NCBI RefSeq assembly: GCF_947568905.1
Contig: NC_079171.1
Coordinates: 28,458,001 to 28,522,000 of the forward strand
Direction of reading: 5' to 3'
Source: Ostrea edulis
Lineage: Eukaryota
Length of the DNA: 64,000 bases
Shown: in pieces, positions 50,315 through 63,998 of the stretch
How the letters are laid out: each line of letters starts with the position of its first letter
Numbering within the stretch: the first letter of the stretch is position 1
Notes under the pieces: model-generated
Seen by the model: only the letters and a program-made list of their open reading frames with translations
Databases searched by the model: none
Told to the model about the DNA's origin: nothing
Made by a program: the position numbers and the translations under genes

Positions 50315-50796
50315 TAAATTTTTTTTACGGTCATCCTAGTATCACACAAGTAAAAGACTTGAGGGACACCTGAGTATTACAAAAGTAAAAGACTAAGTGA
50401 GAGGAGCTGTTATGTTTTGGTGTTATACATATAAGTACAGATATCAAACTCAAAGATCAAAGGACTTCAGTTTCCATGACCTAAAGTAACGTTTCTTTCT
50501 TCTTTTGAATTAGCAAAGTTTGTGCCAAGCATGAACTAGTCTCTGTTACAAGTCGTGGACTTGGAAAATAATTCTGAAGTCTCTAATTAATGACCTTGAC
50601 CTTATAAAACCATGGGTTTAGGTCATGACACGTCTGTTCTCTAATAAACAATTTCTTGTGTCCAGTCTGAGCTTCAAATGCCTCTCTTTCAGTGGAAATT
50701 TACATGCACGAATCAAACCCCTCAAATGTTAACAAAAACCGAGCAAAATAGGCGACTTTGATAATCTAAAAATAACATCCTTCAGACTGACCCTAC

Positions 50797-50980
50797 CTGG
50801 CTTTGTCACTGGCCTCGGTGCGATGGACATTAGACAGCTGACCCAGACAGAAGCGGTCCAGACTGGAAGGATCTGTGTAACCGTCCACCGTGACCCTCGC
50901 ATAGCTGTAGGGAACTTTAAAGGTCTCACCGACCTGTTGGTCCAGCTCAAAATACGTAATGGTGCACCAGAACTCGGGGG
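50797..50980 (-). CDS. SMAD4: SMAD4 MH2 exon: (A)[60 protein letters not shown](R)
   Basis: ttaacag acceptor, gtaggg donor, 184 nt. Near identical to the start of the SMAD4 MH2 domain ([31 protein letters not shown]). Confidence 0.96.
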
Positions 50981-53210
50981 CTGTTAAGGTTAAAGAAGAA
51001 TTAATCTTACTGTGAGAATCCATTTTATGTGTTTACCACAATAAAATAAATCTCAATATGAAGTAAATATATATTCTTATTAAATTAACACCTAAAATCC
51101 ACCCACATGGAAAAGTACATCAGGTAAATAAGCTAGCTCCACCCTAATGTGACTTATCAATATCATTGGTTGAAAATGAAACAACTGTGTCAATTTCCAC
51201 TCAATATAGCTTAAGGTAATTCCCCATACCACATCTTAATATTGAAAAACCTACAGATTTCTATCAGCATTTGCATGTATTTTGTTGAGGATGTATATTG
51301 ACCAAATTCCCGAAGAAAAATATGTTTAGCGGCCTTTCCCAGAGTACAGCCACTTCTAAAAATAGAACACATCACTTTAAAACAAGCAGTGTTAATATAC
51401 ATACATTTTAAGGCACTGTCTTCATTTAAATGATAGAAATATGTTTTCTTCATATGAATTGAAGAAAATGTATTGCATTTGACTGTTTTCAATAATTTTT
51501 CATCTACTGAACCATGCTCTTGGTTTCAAGGTGATGAAAATGCACGTATAGTGGTGAAATTTTGACTAATCATAGCCTACCATATCTGGAAAATTGTGTT
51601 TTCAAAAACCTTCAGATTTTTTAAACATTTCAATATGTTTTACCTTTACACTCCAGCAATCATTTGATATAAGAAGTAGATAGGGTATCGGATAATTTGA
51701 GAGCCCAATGACCCCTCTAGGTTAAAAACCTTGAAAAAACGCATATTGGAAAATGGTGTCTAAAATTCCTATCTCTGCAAACATGTTTCATTCATCATTT
51801 ACATTATTATATTACCATTTCAAGAAATATTACAGGGTGGATTTTGAAAAACAGTTTAAAACATTAAAGCTTCAATTAGCTAAAAACCATTTTCATTGAT
51901 TGCCGTAAGCTTTAGGGATCGGGCTTGAAGTTAGAAAAATCCTAACTTTACTATGGAGCTTACTAAATCCATACCCTATGTCACATGAACACTGACATGA
52001 CGTCACAACAGATGAAAAAATAAAATTATGTCGCCAGATCTTGTTGGAACAAAGTTATGTAGATCAGAATGAGTTGTACATTTTAACGCTCATTCAGAGA
52101 ATGCTAACCTATGCTCAAGTTACAAATTTTGGGAAATTCGAATATTTTAATAATTTTTATTTTCTGGTAGTTTTTAACAATACGACACAGCCATGTGATG
52201 CGAGTCTTAACGACATGAAACTATCGCGTACATTCCGAGACGTTTTAATCAAAACATCAGTAAAGGTCATGTCCGGCCAGAAAAAGAAAATTACATTACA
52301 ACACCCATGATCTATACTGTATGTACAAGAGCACAAACGTACGACACCTACACATAGAGATAGGTCCTATACGTATGTGATAAATCTGTCAGCGTCTGAT
52401 CTAAATTGAACAACCTGAAATCATTAGACACAACGGAGATATGCACATACATGTTCATGTATATGCACATTTATTATGGATTCGGAGGGCCCCAAAAGCG
52501 ACTTTTGTCGTGTAAATAAATATTTAAAGAATTGCGAGGGGAAAGGGGGGGGGGGGTTGGGGGGGTTACAATGTCAGTATAGCTTTAGATTATGCATATA
52601 TTCTATTTAGATCTTGACAACATCGATCGTATTCTTTCAGGTTTAAATAAATTATAAGGAAAACATAACAAAAATATAAGACTGTCGACATCAGTACATG
52701 TAGCACACAAAAATTTGCATTTTGTTGAATAGGAGATTCAATATGTCTACCCGTCATTAACTATCAGAAATCACACAAAAGAAATGGCCTACAATAGATA
52801 CAATGAAAATTGGCAACACGATTTACATCATAATCTGCAATATATGCAGAAATCTCACGGAATATTACTAAACGACTGTGTGTCACAACGCAATGTGTAT
52901 GGAGAATTTACGACTTCGCGATGTATATAACTATAAGCATTTTCTCTCCCGAGCGTTGTCTTGTATAAAACCGGCTTGTTTGTATTATTGCAATTCGTAC
53001 AATGTATGTTGTTTTTTAATTCTAAATTTTTGTTATTTGCTTTCAAACAATCAGTACTAATACGGTCTACAAAATTTACCAAATTGCCATCGGGTTCGTT
53101 GAATGTGTTATAACGTTCATGACTCGTGAATAACGTTTCTAACGTTATTTGACGTGGTATGGGGAACTACCTTAATTTGATTAATAACCAAAGAAAAAAG
53201 ATTTGTCAGT

Positions 53211-53645
53211 AAGGCCAATTCAATTTAATTAGTAGATTATCATCCAGGGTCACCAAAAAGTATAGGGCAGGTGGGAGGATTTTATTTCTTAATTTTTATT
53301 TTTGTGAAAAATATTTATGACAGACGAGTTTTGTCAACAGAAGTGCTTCATTTAATGCCAGATGGATATCAATTTATGCTTATTTCACAGACGAATTCCA
53401 GGTTAAGCTTAATTTGAAACCCAGAAAGATATCAAACTTCTTCAAGATTTACGCCCGTAAGAATGCAAGAAACCATATTCTTCATGTGGCTTTTCATGTT
53501 GCTATACCAGAAATGTAAACAAGAAGTAGAGTTGGACATGAAAATTTTCCTGAAATCCCAAGTTTCGCAAAATAGAAATTTTTTGGGCCGGGCCGATTTT
53601 TGAGGGGCGGGTGGGGATGATAATCAATCAAGTTGAATTGGCCTA
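53211..53645. mobile_element. Putative MITE
   Basis: Inverted ends aggccaattcaa / ttgaattggcct. Confidence 0.5.
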
Positions 53646-56600
53646 AGATTTGGCATTTGCCGGTAAGATTTTCTTTTACATCAGTTTCACATTAATAAAT
53701 GAAGGACATGCACCTACATGTAACCTTAAAAATAAACACATGAATAAATAACTGAGATTGCATCTCTCTGCATTGAACATTTTAAATAAATATGAATAAC
53801 AAAATAAATATCAAAAGAACATGTAAATGCCAAATGTCATGAAGAAATTTCTCATTTCGTGTATTAGTCTTTCTTTCAGTTATCAATTTTTAATCCTAAT
53901 TTCACAAACATGTACTTTCGTTCTTGTTATTCCCATCTGTAAGGAGTCCTCCCATTATTCAAGAAATTCATTCATAATTCAGTTCTACTTGAGAAGCAAT
54001 TCTCAACATTAGTGTGCTTCTCTTTCAATATGTCACAGTAGTTCAGTGGAAGAACATTCGCTTTGTAACCAGGAGGTCGTGACTTAAAGTCCCGCTCCTA
54101 CCATGGGCGAGTCAAACCAAAGACATTAATCAAAGGCCTGAAGGGCCACAATGGCGTCGTGCTAAGAAAGCAAAGATTATAATGAAACTATGTACTGTCC
54201 AGTTTATCAATGCTTCATCCCTTATTGTATGTACACAGAGTAGATATAGCTTTATATAAATCTCAATGGAGAGTCTTCTACCTGTGAATATTTTGATGCC
54301 ATTCACTACAGTCACACCTTGTTATTGCAAATTCAACAGGACTGAAATTAAATTTGAGATATCCAAGGATTTGCGATAACAAGGATAACACACACACAAA
54401 AAAGAAGTGGTTTGGACCGGCAACTCTATTTACATATTCCCGATAACGAAGATTAGCTGTACATGTATTAAAAACACACATACAGCTTTGAATTCAAGCA
54501 ATACCAAGAATATTTATCCTTCATACAGGAATAATGCTTCTAATACATCTGTACAGTAGCTCTTTTCACAACAAAAAATTCAATTACAGATATATTTTTT
54601 TTTACAATTCCATTCATTTCTTCAGAATATTTTTCAAAGGATTATTTACAATATCTAATGTTATTAAATAATGAAGATTTTTGTGATCAACCATTGCTCT
54701 CAATTAGTCACACATCTTTGCTAGCCAAGGGAGTACTCTACAATCCTTGGCACAGATGTAATTCACAAAGAACTGAAAATTTGTGCATTAAGATATTTAG
54801 TGAAAAAGTCAACTGTTGTGAGAACTCTCCTTTTAATAGTTGTAAAGGGCAGCATTGCATATACTTGTTGATAACATAATAAAAACAAGAAATAAGTTTT
54901 AAACCAAAATTTTAATAAGAAATATGTGAAACAATGTAAACAACTATGGACCATTTGTAGTATATATCACTGCTAGCATCTCAAGAGATGAAAATCTAGT
55001 CAGATTAAAATTTTTTTTGTTAATTCAGCAACTTTTACCTCCACAAAAACCTTTACTTGAAAGCCTTATAATAATGAATGCTTCCGCGCTTGGTTTGTTT
55101 ACAATAACATTAACACGTGCCAGTGTTTATATACCGAGTTGACCAATGATTTGCAAACCTACAGATGCGTTAATACCCTACTGAGAATGCTACAGTCAAA
55201 TAAACATTACCTACCCTAAAATATAATGACCATAAATAATCCGCGATACACTATTTCTCAGTTTAAATTTCGCCAACAGCACGCAATGTTTACAAACAAA
55301 ACCCACGCTATCTTTCGTCTAGACACGTTATCGTTTCAGACATCACGTGACTTTGCAAATGTAGTTCGCATTGAAATTGGAATTTTTATTTGACTTGTTT
55401 TTATTTTTTGGGAAAGTTTTTATATGTTAAAGTAAATCAATGTGATAATTTTCATTTGTTTCTCATTAACAACTTTAAAATGTCGTAAATCATTAAACAG
55501 TACAGATATTCATACGCCATTACAAGAAGCGCAGGATTTTTCCGCGGAAACATCGATAGTCTGACACCTTCGGTCGCGTAAACTTTTCAGCTGATTCAGT
55601 CGTACACGCTGACTAGATGCCATTTGAGCAAAGCTCGACGCCATAAAAACAGGTAGTGATTGCTCCTTCGCCAAACGCTCAGCATATAGAAGTGAGAATC
55701 GCGGGAATTTTGGATATGACCTTAAAAACAGAGGTCCCGTGTCACCCTCACTGGTACCCCCCCCCCCCCCCCCCCCCCCCCCGAGTGCTGAGTATAGGTT
55801 TGAATTTGTGGTGCTTCACCTACAGCTGGTGACGTCTCAATATGAATAAAAAATTCTCCACCGCATATGAAACATACAATCAATCATTTCAAATTGCCAA
55901 TACGTAGATGTACTTCCTTTCGTAGACGGACTGAGGAAATAAATGGTCTTACCTCGCCTTCTTTCGTGGGGTTTCGGCCATTTTTAAATCGCTTGACCAA
56001 GGTTACAATCACAGAAATGTTTTACTACTCGCATTTTTGGAACAATTGATCAAGCGTCAAAAGGAAACTGAGAATAACACGTACTATAACTGCTAAAATG
56101 CATGCATACAGATTTCCGTATTTTCTGTATAATGAAAACATGAGACATATTTTGGACTCAAATCCATACAAAATACAGTGAAATCGTAGGAGTAAACAGA
56201 TATGGGTACATAAGCTTAAGAAGATGGGAGTCCTTGACTTGATATACAGAGTACTTCCTTAGAATTAGTGAAGTAGAATAATCACTTTATTTCTTTTCTT
56301 AAAGAATTACTAAATACAATCAACAATTACACAATCCTTAATTTGCTGACATTCCGGTCTGATGCATTTGACATTTGAGAAACTTGTGATTATTTCACAA
56401 TTTTAACAATAGTTAAACCAACAAGGTGCTTGTGATCAACAATGCTGATATTTAATTAGATACCAACGATTCCGGTTTGTAAAGGGAGGTAATTCTGGTT
56501 GGCAATACCTTGATTTGATATTTGCATTTCTGAATTGTAAGGGGAGGTAATTCTGGTTGGTGATACCTTGATTTGATACTTAAAATTTTGGTTTGTAAGG

Positions 56601-57734
56601 GGAGGTAATTCTGGTTGGCGATATACTTTGATTTGATACTTACGATTTTGGTTTGAAAGGGGAGGTAATTCTGGTTTGGGAAACCTTGATTTGATACTTA
56701 CGATTCTGGTTTGTAAGGGGAGGTAATGACTGCACTTCAGAGGACTGCATGTGGTTGTTATTCCCTAGAATACAATAAATTCAACCTCCTTTCAATTTAT
56801 ACCTAATACAAATACCTCCACCATTACATACAATAAAACATCTAAAGATTCAAGTGAAAACCAAACCATTTTATTATAGATATGTAGAAATTTTTTTTGG
56901 GGGGGGGGGGGGGGGTTATCATGTCATTTGTTTTTAATTTTGAACAATAAATGGCCTTGTAAACCAATCAAATATTATCTATCAATGGATATCAATTTAC
57001 TTTCTGATAAAGAAAACTGATTTTAAATAAAAATCTTTATTATAAGTTATGGAATTGATAAAGGGGAAGGAAGTGAAATCCAGATGTTTTTAAACTTTGA
57101 TAAGTTGATATCAAAGCAAAACATGAGACATTTAGACCTAAAGAGTCACCAGAGAAATATGCAACAACAGACATCTCAATCAAACTATCTCAAACAAATT
57201 AATCTAGTGACTATTACCTTAATGCTTAGTCATTCTAATTCAGTGACAACTGACTTAGTGCTTAAAGTTTAGTGACTATTAAGTATGGTTCCACGTAAAA
57301 ATCAGGCAAAACCGCATTTTCGTGATAAGTCCATGTTCACGAAATGAACCCAAACTTAGCATACTAACTCATCGTAATATGTTTAGCAAATATACAAAGT
57401 AGTTTTGATTTATTTCGCCTTGTTCCAAAACTATGGACAGATAATTATGAACATGGAGAATTCACGCTCAGTGCAAATCTATACAAAACACTACTTGTAA
57501 TCCCTTTGAAATCTAAAAACAGCAAAGCGGGTATGAAAATATATCATTATATAACATTAAACAAATAAAAAATGCATGCTCTGAAATAAATATTTTTTTT
57601 GAAAGTTTCAATATAACATTTTAAAACCTCTCTAAATGTTTCGATTTTAATGCAATTTCGGTTATCGTTCTTGAATTTAACCTCGATGATCGCTAGAGGC
57701 GCTGCGTTGTCAACACACTAAGTGCGCGGAATAT

Positions 57735-59718
57735 GGCGGATCCAAAACTGAATGCCGTGTAGGACAATATTCCGACAGAGTGTGATCTACCCTCAAGCCT
57801 CATCTAAAGGAAACGAATATATTTACCTTCGGAGAGTGTCAGAAATACATTGATGCATATGCCGTCACTGAAGATAGAACGTGTGTGGAGCAGCCAACAA
57901 CGAAGACCGAGCAACATTTCTTATATGACATGTCACCAAGTCGGCGCATTACGGTAATTTCAAATGGTGTGATTTACATATTTAATAAGTCAAAATTCGC
58001 AATATTTATTATTACTAGCATAAAAATCATAACGAATGTTGTATTATACAATGTAGCATTGTATGAGATGACTGTGTACAGATGACACCCCCTCCCTTGT
58101 TTCAAAAAGTCATACTTTCAACAGTAACGCTATGATATGTTTTAGGCCTAGGCTAATCGACGGCATGTTTCATTTGTAATTGTCTGCAATAATAGCAGAC
58201 ATCTACGTATCCTCCACACAAACGCCTCTTGTCTCAGATAGAAATCTAGATTATGCCTAACTGAGGATCAGTAGGAGTAGGTATCATTTCAAAAGAGTGT
58301 GGTTTTATGTACTACATGTAGATTTCAGTCGAATTTGCATATAAAAATTTAAGACATGATATGACTTTTTGAGATGCAATGCTTAGTGTATAATGTATTC
58401 CTCCTCATTTCAAATCACAGATAGTCAAGTGGTAAGGTATCTGGATTAGTATGCCGTAGGTACCGGGTTCAAATCTCAGGATGGATTGGAATTTTTTTTC
58501 TTCAATTTATTTTATATACACATCATTGTTTTTTCCTTCAATGTATTCTATATAAACACACACAAATTTTTTAAATATTATTTCATATGCACAAAATCAT
58601 TTCTTTTAGTGGTCACCATTCAGCTCTTGACAAATCGGAATTCATATTTTAAAAACATATGCATACTATTAGACATATCAAAGAAAATATTTAGGGTCTG
58701 TAGTTTTTTAAAGAATTCCATTTTATTGTAAAACAATTCATAATGTTGATTATAAATCTTCATATCAATCAATAAGTTGAGTCTTCTTGACATTTTTATT
58801 AGATATCTATTATATTACTATTTAAAGTCTGCCTCAATTTGATATGGTCATGGGGACTGGTCAATGCATGGGTTCTTGAATTTATATTTCTAATAATAAT
58901 ATATAAATATAACAAAGATCAAGTCATTTAGCTAATGTGTATTTCTTTAAAGTTTTCATACCAGCATCATGGAGAGTCATTACTATCACTACATGCATTG
59001 GAAACCTCTGTGGTAAATACATAACTGTAAATACATGTAGCACATATGTACCAATGAATCTACAGTGTAAATGTTTTATAAACCTCAAACTTGGTAGAGC
59101 AGTATTATATAATAATCCTGATATACAAGCACTATATGACCCCTTCTGATAATGAGGTCAAAGTCAACCAACCCCCAACCCACCATTATAGGAAAATATT
59201 GGTCACTCAGAAACCAGACTCAAAACCTGATACAGCTGTTGCCCTGACTAGTACCTGAACCTACTTGTCACTGATTTAGAATATTTGGAACACCTTCTCA
59301 ATGCCATATACAAGTTTCTTTAAGCATTTCTTGTTTTCAAAAGTTTTATATGCTGTTTTAGTATTTTATTCTTTCTAACTACATGTATAATTTAAATATC
59401 AATGTGTACTATGACTACTAGGCTCTGAGGTGTGTACTTTATTTTTTAACTGAAATTTTTATGATATAAAATGTTCAAACATTCTCAAAAACTAGAGAAA
59501 TATATATTATACATGTATATTGAGGAGAGAAAAATAAGTAAATTCTTGTGTCCTGAAAATCAGTGTCTATCTTATTGTATTGTAGGTGCAAAACCCAAGG
59601 ACATACTTAAAGTGGTAACAGGAGGAAAATCAATCAAACCAAGTGAAAGTACAAGACACTATTACAAAAGGAAAGCAAAGGAGTCCATAAATTCAATGTT
59701 GAACATCAAGACAGTCTA
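57735..59718 (+). pseudogene. Possible decayed multi-exon ORF of unknown family (may be TE-borne)
   Basis: ATG in a GC-richer patch, exon-like segments with GT/AG ends, in-frame stops and frameshifts; terminal segment AKPKDILKVVTGGKSIKPSESTRHYYKRKAKESINSMLNIKTV* followed by AATAAA. Confidence 0.25.
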
Positions 59719-59899
59719 AAATATTGAATCCAAACAAAATATCAAAACTTTATGAAGAAATAAATGACAAATTGTCATATAAACATGAAAGCATTCTTAT
59801 ATATGGTGTTTATTCAAATTATTTCAACTGAAATTTCTAATGTACCTAAATTCGAAAGGGAAACAACTTATGAAAAAATTAAACACCAATGGGTTGAAT

Positions 59900-62800
59900 T
59901 GCCCTTACAGAAATGAGATGTACCCGAAAGGTACCCAAAATGTATCTGTAAGGTACCCGAAGCAACTTTTTCCTTGAAAAATGTACCCAAAAAGTACCCG
60001 CAAAAAACTTAGCCATTTTTCGACAGTACCCGGAACGTACCCGACTATTGTAAAAAGTACCCAAAATGTACCCAGATTAAAAATTGAAAAGTTAAAATGT
60101 ACCTGAAATGTACCCAACAGAAAAATATAAATGTTCAAATGTACCCGAATTGTACCCAGGGTATCAATTAAGTTAAAATGTATTCGATATGTACCCACTT
60201 TAAAGTTACTAAGTTGAAATGTACCCGAAATGTACCCAACAAAAAATATTAATGTTGAAATGTTTACCAGAAATGTACCCTGGGTAAATTAAAAAGTTAA
60301 ATTGTACACGTAATGTACCAACTTTAAATGTGACTATTGAAAATGTACCCGAAATGTACCCATTTAAATAAACCTTGTCATTTCACAACAGATACAAATA
60401 ATATGAAAATAAACATTAAACAATTTCACAACTGATTTTGAAATAAGAAAGCTTTTATAGTCAATTGTACCAGCATTATGTACCCAACTTCAATCTGGCA
60501 TGTTTTTTTTTTATTGATGTATGTATGTTGTAGACATTTTTTGTTTAAAAAAATATATATATATATGAAATAGTGCAAATCCTGTTGATGTTAATGAATT
60601 TTAATTTATCTATAAAAAGTTTTTTTTTTTGTTCTGCCATTAAGGTAGCTATAGTATTAAAGAAAATCTGAAGGATTACATGAAGGGATCCATCCCTAAA
60701 CCTCTAAATGGAAAGCTATTTTCCATTTTTTAAAAACATAACAATCAAAAATAAATAATTGTAGAGACCTAGTAGTAAGATATAGTCTTTTGAACTTGAT
60801 AATGCTACATGATTGTTAGTCTGCACCAATTTCATAAGAAAAAATTATCTGACAGTCACTGAATTTAATTATATATTTGGTAAACAATCTGTATATATCA
60901 TAATACATACATATATGGATCTATCTGTATTTGATTTTTTTTGGGGGGGGGGTGTTGTTTTTTTTTTTAATATTGATATACACTGTATGTCAAAAGATGT
61001 CCCTGCAGAAGGAAATTATTGAAGATCATCATATTATTTTTATAAACTAGTTAACTTATTAATTAATTAACCAATCAATTCAGAGCGGGTCTTCACAGTA
61101 CTTGGCTCTAACGACCGTAAATTGAGATCGGGTTCCTGATAAAAAGCATCAGGTGTGCACTCTGAGTTCCTGCGCATAGTCAGCATGCAGACCATGCAGA
61201 CGCCATTTTTATGATGTTGTGACCTACCGTAAACATTATGAACAGACAAAGAATAGCCTTCAACAGGGACCCGAGGGAGTTCGTGGTGTTATCCTGAAGA
61301 GATTCCCAACCATTAAGTAAGTGATTTACACACTAGTGTATTTTGTAGATTCTTTGACTTCATGCCAGTCATGATCACTGATAATCCGAAATTCCTCCGA
61401 TTCTTATCCCTTTCACATTTGTGTCTGATGATCTTCACTGCACATAACATATAAAGAAAGCAAGGGTAACAGTCAGAGGTATCTTGAATTATGTAACTCA
61501 TGTGTCTTTTGTAAAGTAGGACAATGAAATTCGCTAACTAGTCTAAATGCGTCTATTGTCGGACACTTAGACGATTTTCATTTTCTACCCGGCACTTGAT
61601 AACCCGCGATTTGCATCAACTAGATATCTACTCGCTAGACACAGCAATGCTATTTCATTTGTAACACCTCATAGTTTAACCACTCTTATTATGTACAAAG
61701 CAGGTCAAACTGAAATAACTTAAGTAACGTCGGCATTATGTTAAAATCAGCTCGATCCGCTCCTTTATTTTTATGTTGTCGCAATACGAGGAGCGGATCG
61801 AGGAGCTGGTTTTAATCAGATTGGTCCGAAGGAACAGTAAGAGTTATCAATTGACAAGTAAAAATTTAAGTTGATAGCACAAGTGACCAGTGATTAGAAA
61901 TATTTATTTATTGTCCTGTAATTTGGTTATAAGAAGGTCTTTGGTATCCTTTGATTATTTACAATTTCATTTCTCTTTCAGAATATAATTCATGATAGAT
62001 ACAGAATTTATATGGTGTGACCACTGACCAGACTGGTTTTAATATGCCATTCTGAGAATTACACTATGCAGACCTGGATCAATGTTTATATAGTTCCAAA
62101 ATGAGTTTACTCTGAATGACACTTCAGTTCATGCACATTTTAGGTAAGTCCAATGAGACTGCTAGGCCTATATGTATAGTGGATGGGAAGTCCATGACCC
62201 TGATATGTCTTAAATTTGTTTGACAGCAAGTCAAATTGGGATGACTTTAATTCCACTATCAGTTTCAAATCACTGATTTAATTTGAACAGATCATACAAA
62301 CTGTTTCTATTAATTTTAAATAGATATATAACATGCCCACAAAATAATTGCATTATTATTTTTTTTAGAATGTACGTCATCAATGTTCTCCCAAAGGAAA
62401 GTGAGCAAAAACTTATCCAGAGAATCAACAGCTCATTTTTGTGAAACTTTTTAAAATGCGCAGGTAATATTGCTGTTAAAATATTTTGTATCCTATGATC
62501 TGTAATAAAATATAAGTGGCATATTGATATAACTTTAACTTAGTTATAACTTTTCAACTAAAATGGGTAGGGATTTTATATTTGCCATTTTTATTCTTTG
62601 TGACAAGAAAATATTTTTTAATATATAAGTACCTCATTAATGACCTTTTGACCTTTCTGATGGTACCAAATTTGATCTTCTGACCTTGACATGAATTTTG
62701 ACCTACTTGTCTTGAAAAGCGTTAAGTTTGGGGGCATCCATGGTTCACATTCATGTCTTGTTGCTGTTAAGAATGATTATCTAGCACAACCATTTCATGC

Positions 62801-63998
62801 AAAGTTAGATAAGTTAAAATATTTTCATTGCAATCTTGGTATTGTATTGCATGTGGTAATCATTTATGATGAAAATGTTTTTTTTAATTTCTTTCATTTA
62901 TGCACTTATTTACATGTATTTGTTAGATTTTAATCGAATTAATAATAAAGGAACAATATCCAAGAAAATATAATATATAAGTATATTTAATTTAGAAGGT
63001 TACAAGAGACTAAACGGGTGTAAAATAAAGATAATTTAAAGCGTCGAGTCAACTGAATTAAAGACAAAGAAAAGTGCAGTATAAACTACATTCGTATTGT
63101 GATTTGGTTTTATTATATTTCATTAAATGGTTTTTTTTTTTTATTTGCAGGAGAAATAGGATTACGAAGAAGAGAAGCTTTGTCATAATTTTTATAGTAT
63201 GAATTAAATGCAATTTCTCATATATTAAGATTCTTCATTTTTTCAGGACACATGGTTGGTAATATTCATGAAAACTAGCAGAACTCCAGTACATTTGAAG
63301 TGTTAGTCAAGCATACTTTAGGAGAGGCAAGCAAAGTCTGGAAAATGCCATAAATGGTACCCGAAAAGTGCCTAAAATGGCACCCAGAGTGTACTTAAAA
63401 TGGTACTTATGCTGTACCCGGAATGTACCCAAAATAGCACCGGGTTTGTACCTAAAATTGTACCCGTAAAGTACCTATAATGTACCTAAAATGTACCCAG
63501 TTTGTACCTAAAATGGCACCGGGTTTGTACCTAAAATTGTACCCGTAAAGTACCTATAATGTACCTAAAATGTACCCAGTTTGTACCTAAAAACTGTCTA
63601 AATTGGTAACCGGATTTTACCAATAATGTACCTGAATAGTACCTAAAATAGTAGCAGAATTGTACCTAAAATGTACCAGAAAAGTTTCTGAAATGGTACC
63701 TGGATTGTACCTGAAAAGTACCTAAAATGTACCTGGATTGTATCAATAATGTACCCATAATATACCCTGAAAATGTATCAAAGAAATGTACCCAAAAGGT
63801 ACCCCAAAATGGGAACAACAATGTTGACAAAATTGCACCTAAACGGTACCCCAAAAATTAAAACCTTAAAAAGTTGTACGGGAAAGAAAATGTACCCGAA
63901 AAAGTACCCGCCTCCAGCTAAAAATATTTTTAAAGTCCGGTTCCAAAAAGGGTAGACTTTTGGGTACCCTTTAGGTACATTCTGGGTACTTTTTAGTG
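59900..63998. mobile_element. Candidate non-autonomous DNA transposon with GTACC-rich subterminal arrays (59900-60370, 63350-63998)
   Basis: Dozens of aaatgtaccc(g/t)aaa motifs in both arrays; last ~50 bp inverted, reading CACTAAAAAGTACCC on the minus strand. Confidence 0.4.

Noticed and set aside
50981-51010. gtaag..ttaacag as a 30-nt intron after ATGGATTCTCACA
   Set aside because: Too short for a spliceosomal intron, and the 30 nt are in frame anyway.
33838-56915. Long C/G homopolymers (33838, 34164, 55757, 56899) as G-quadruplex regulators
   Set aside because: They lie within repeats, and homopolymer length is assembly-error prone; no supporting context.
54033-58490. tRNA-like sequences at 54033-54110 and 58425-58480 (also 11160 and 27062)
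   Set aside because: A/B boxes only, no complete cloverleaf; best explained as SINE heads.
61067-61249. Minus-strand ORF ..GVCMVCMLTMRRNSECTPDAFYQEPDL.. as a SMAD4 upstream exon
   Set aside because: No similarity to MH1 or to a Pro/Gln/Ser-rich linker; no convincing splice sites.
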